A DNA stretch of 24,000 bases, from NCBI GenBank assembly GCA_019232795.1, contig JAFANH010000028.1, positions 45,991-69,990 on the forward strand, read 5' to 3'. The position numbers and the translations under genes were made by a program. Below are positions 22,485 through 24,000 of this stretch, piece by piece (the first letter of the stretch is position 1; each line of letters begins with the position of its first letter). Origin of the DNA: Burkholderiaceae bacterium. GTDB lineage: Bacteria; Pseudomonadota; Gammaproteobacteria; Burkholderiales; Burkholderiaceae_D. A model generated the notes under the pieces. The model was not told the origin of the DNA. It did no database searches and was given only the letters and a program-made list of their open reading frames with translations.

Positions 22485-22620
22485 AGTCCTCGACCAGGTG
22501 CAAACAGGGGGAAAAAGTGCTTGACGCTCATTGTTACCGGTTTTTGGGCAGACTCGCCGACGCGGCCGTTATTCTCTTAACCAGTGGGACATTATAAGGG
22601 ATGAAAAGCGCTCAAAATCC

Positions 22621-22654
22621 ATAAAAAACACGCCCGGCTGGGCTTCGCGGGCGT
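22621..22654 (-). terminator. Orphan terminator-like hairpin in the ABC-operon/amn divergent intergenic region
   Basis: On the minus strand, stem ACGCCCG / CGGGCGT (22654-22648 and 22636-22630) with an 11-nt loop, followed by G + TTTTTT + AT (22629-22621). It lies upstream of the likely ABC-operon -10 (TATAAT on minus at 22596-22591). No gene feeds into it. Confidence 0.35.
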
Positions 22655-22739
22655 CTGGGTTAAAATTTCAAACGACACAACCACAGATTCCGGCCTCGGC
22701 GACGCTATTGGAGGAATCCGGACATTTTAAGGAACCCAC

Positions 22740-24000
22740 GTGCAGTCACCCGCTCCTACCGCCACGGCCCGTTTCGACGATCCGGCCGCCGCGCTCAAGC
22801 ATGTCCAGTTCATCTATGACAACAGCATCCGTTACCTGCGCGACTGCCTCAAGCGCTTCGTCGCCGGCGAGCAGTTTTCCGAACGCATCCGTGCCTGCTA
22901 TCCCTACGTGCGCGTGCATACCGATTCGGTATTCCGTGCCGATTCGCGCCTGTCCTACGGATTCGTGGCAGGGCCGGGCACCTACGAGACCACGCTGACG
23001 CGGCCCGACCTGTTCTCGTATTACTATCTCGAGCAATTCCGCCTGCTGCTGAAGAACCACGAGAATCTCGGTCACCACCAGCCTATGCAATTGGAAGTGG
23101 GGGTCAGCCATCAACCCATTCCCGTGCACTTTTCGTTTGCCGAACATGAACATATCGAAGGCAGCATGAGCCCGGAAAAGCAGCTCATGATGCGCGACCT
23201 GTTCGATCTGCCGGACCTGTCGGCGATGGACGATGGCATCGCCAACGGCACCTACGAAGCGGAACCCGGCGCACCGCAGCCGCTTTCCCTGTTTACGGCG
23301 CCGCGTGTCGACTATTCGCTGCAAAGGCTGCGCCATTACACGGGCACCGCGCCAGAGCATGTACAAAACTTCGTGCTGTTCACCAACTACCAGTTCTACA
23401 TAGATGAATTCGTCAAACTGGGGCAAGAGATCATGAGCCGGCCGATAGAACCGGGCAGCGAAAACGACTATGTCGCTTTTGTGGCGCCGGGCAATCTGGT
23501 TACGCGCCGCAACGGTCTGCCGGCCCAGCCTGGCGACGCGCTGGGCGCGGCCTTGCCGCGCCTGCCGCAAATGCCGGGCTACCACCTGGTGCGGCCGGAC
23601 GGCAGCGGCATTACCATGATCAACATCGGCGTCGGACCGGCCAATGCCAAGACCATCACCGACCACGTCGCCGTGTTGCGTCCGCATGCCTGGCTCATGC
23701 TCGGCCATTGCGCGGGCCTGCGCAATACCCAGCAATTGGGCGATTACGTGCTGGCGCACGGCTATGTGCGTGAAGATCACGTGCTCGACGAAGACTTGCC
23801 GCCCTGGGTGCCGATCCCGCCGCTGGCCGAGGTGCAATTGGCGATCGAGGCGGCTGTGGCCGAAGTGACCCAGTTGACTGGCTATGAATTGAAGCGTGTC
23901 ATGCGTACCGGCACCGTAGCAAGCACCGACAACCGCAATTGGGAACTGCTGCCGCATCGCACGCCGGAGCGTCGCTTCAGCCAAAGCCGCGCGGTTGCGC
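22740..24000 (+). CDS. amn: AMP nucleosidase, 3'-truncated by window edge
   Basis: Not in the supplied track because there is no stop within the window. My translation from GTG 22740 (AAGGAA 5 nt upstream) reads VQSPAPTATARFDDPAAALKHVQFIYDNSIRYLRDC...YGFVAGPGTYETTLTRPDLFSYYYLEQFRLLLKNHENL...GVGPANAKTITDHVAVLRPHAWLMLGHCAGLRNTQQLGDYVLAHGYVREDHVLDEDLPPWVPIPPLAEVQ...TGTVASTDNRNWELL. This is colinear with E. coli Amn as I recall it. Confidence 0.9.
   Translation, partial: MQSPAPTATARFDDPAAALKHVQFIYDNSIRYLRDCLKRFVAGEQFSERIRACYPYVRVHTDSVFRADSRLSYGFVAGPGTYETTLTRPDLFSYYYLEQFRLLLKNHENLGHHQPMQLEVGVSHQPIPVHFSFAEHEHIEGSMSPEKQLMMRDLFDLPDLSAMDDGIANGTYEAEPGAPQPLSLFTAPRVDYSLQRLRHYTGTAPEHVQNFVLFTNYQFYIDEFVKLGQEIMSRPIEPGSENDYVAFVAPGNLVTRRNGLPAQPGDALGAALPRLPQMPGYHLVRPDGSGITMINIGVGPANAKTITDHVAVLRPHAWLMLGHCAGLRNTQQLGDYVLAHGYVREDHVLDEDLPPWVPIPPLAEVQLAIEAAVAEVTQLTGYELKRVMRTGTVASTDNRNWELLPHRTPERRFSQSRAVA

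Noticed and set aside
21973-22503. 176-aa minus-strand ORF overlapping the permease 5' half
   Set aside because: It is in an alternate frame of the ABC permease gene, which has an EAA loop and proper TM pattern. The alternate frame is Arg/Gly-rich.
22746-23984. 412-aa minus-strand ORF, the longest ORF in this part of the track
   Set aside because: It lies exactly antisense to the amn reading frame, which I can translate into a colinear AMP nucleosidase. Its product is Arg/Gly/Ala/His-rich low-complexity sequence with no motifs, a typical high-GC shadow ORF.
1-24000. CRISPR arrays, rRNA, long tandem repeats, integrase or intact transposase genes, recognisable defence or toxin-antitoxin gene pairs
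   Set aside because: I saw no regularly spaced direct repeats and no rRNA-like sequence. Apart from the decayed element at 7273-8099, I found no recombinase, nuclease or defence-associated domain signatures. This is limited to what can be recognised by eye.

Overview
24-kb stretch of a GC-rich Gram-negative chromosome (about 63% GC by hand count in core genes). The gene content (PEP-CTERM protein, AHL-type LuxR, HtpG/Amn/ABC backbone) suggests a betaproteobacterium of the Burkholderiales/Oxalobacteraceae type, but that is inference only. Backbone, left to right: htpG (5' end off-window), a GNAT acetyltransferase, a PanE/ApbA-family reductase, a DUF962 membrane protein, a GH16 lipoprotein, an SDR oxidoreductase, a CPBP protease-MarR operon with a paired-palindrome operator, an MscS-type channel with a C-terminal cNMP-binding domain, a SpeE-like methyltransferase-fold protein, an orphan GspE/PilB-type ATPase, tRNA-Lys(CUU), a polar-amino-acid ABC transporter (permease, ATPase, binding protein), and amn (AMP nucleosidase). 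The amn ORF runs off the 3' window edge and is therefore missing from the supplied ORF track. Three accessory patches stand out. (1) An 827-bp low-GC element with 18-bp perfect / 26-bp imperfect terminal inverted repeats splits a DNA-deoxyinosine glycosylase gene and carries only a frame-broken, IS1-like coding remnant. (2) A 4.3-kb module of two secreted (alpha/alpha)6 glycoside hydrolases sits between tRNA-Lys and a remnant of a tRNA 3' half, i.e. an integrase-less islet. (3) Directly abutting it is a low-GC LuxR solo with an intact AHL-pocket signature, divergent from a PEP-CTERM beta-helix protein and a small secreted protein of unknown function. I found no CRISPR array, rRNA, intact transposase or integrase, or recognisable defence or toxin-antitoxin system. 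Many long ORFs in the track are antisense or alternate-frame shadows typical of high-GC DNA.
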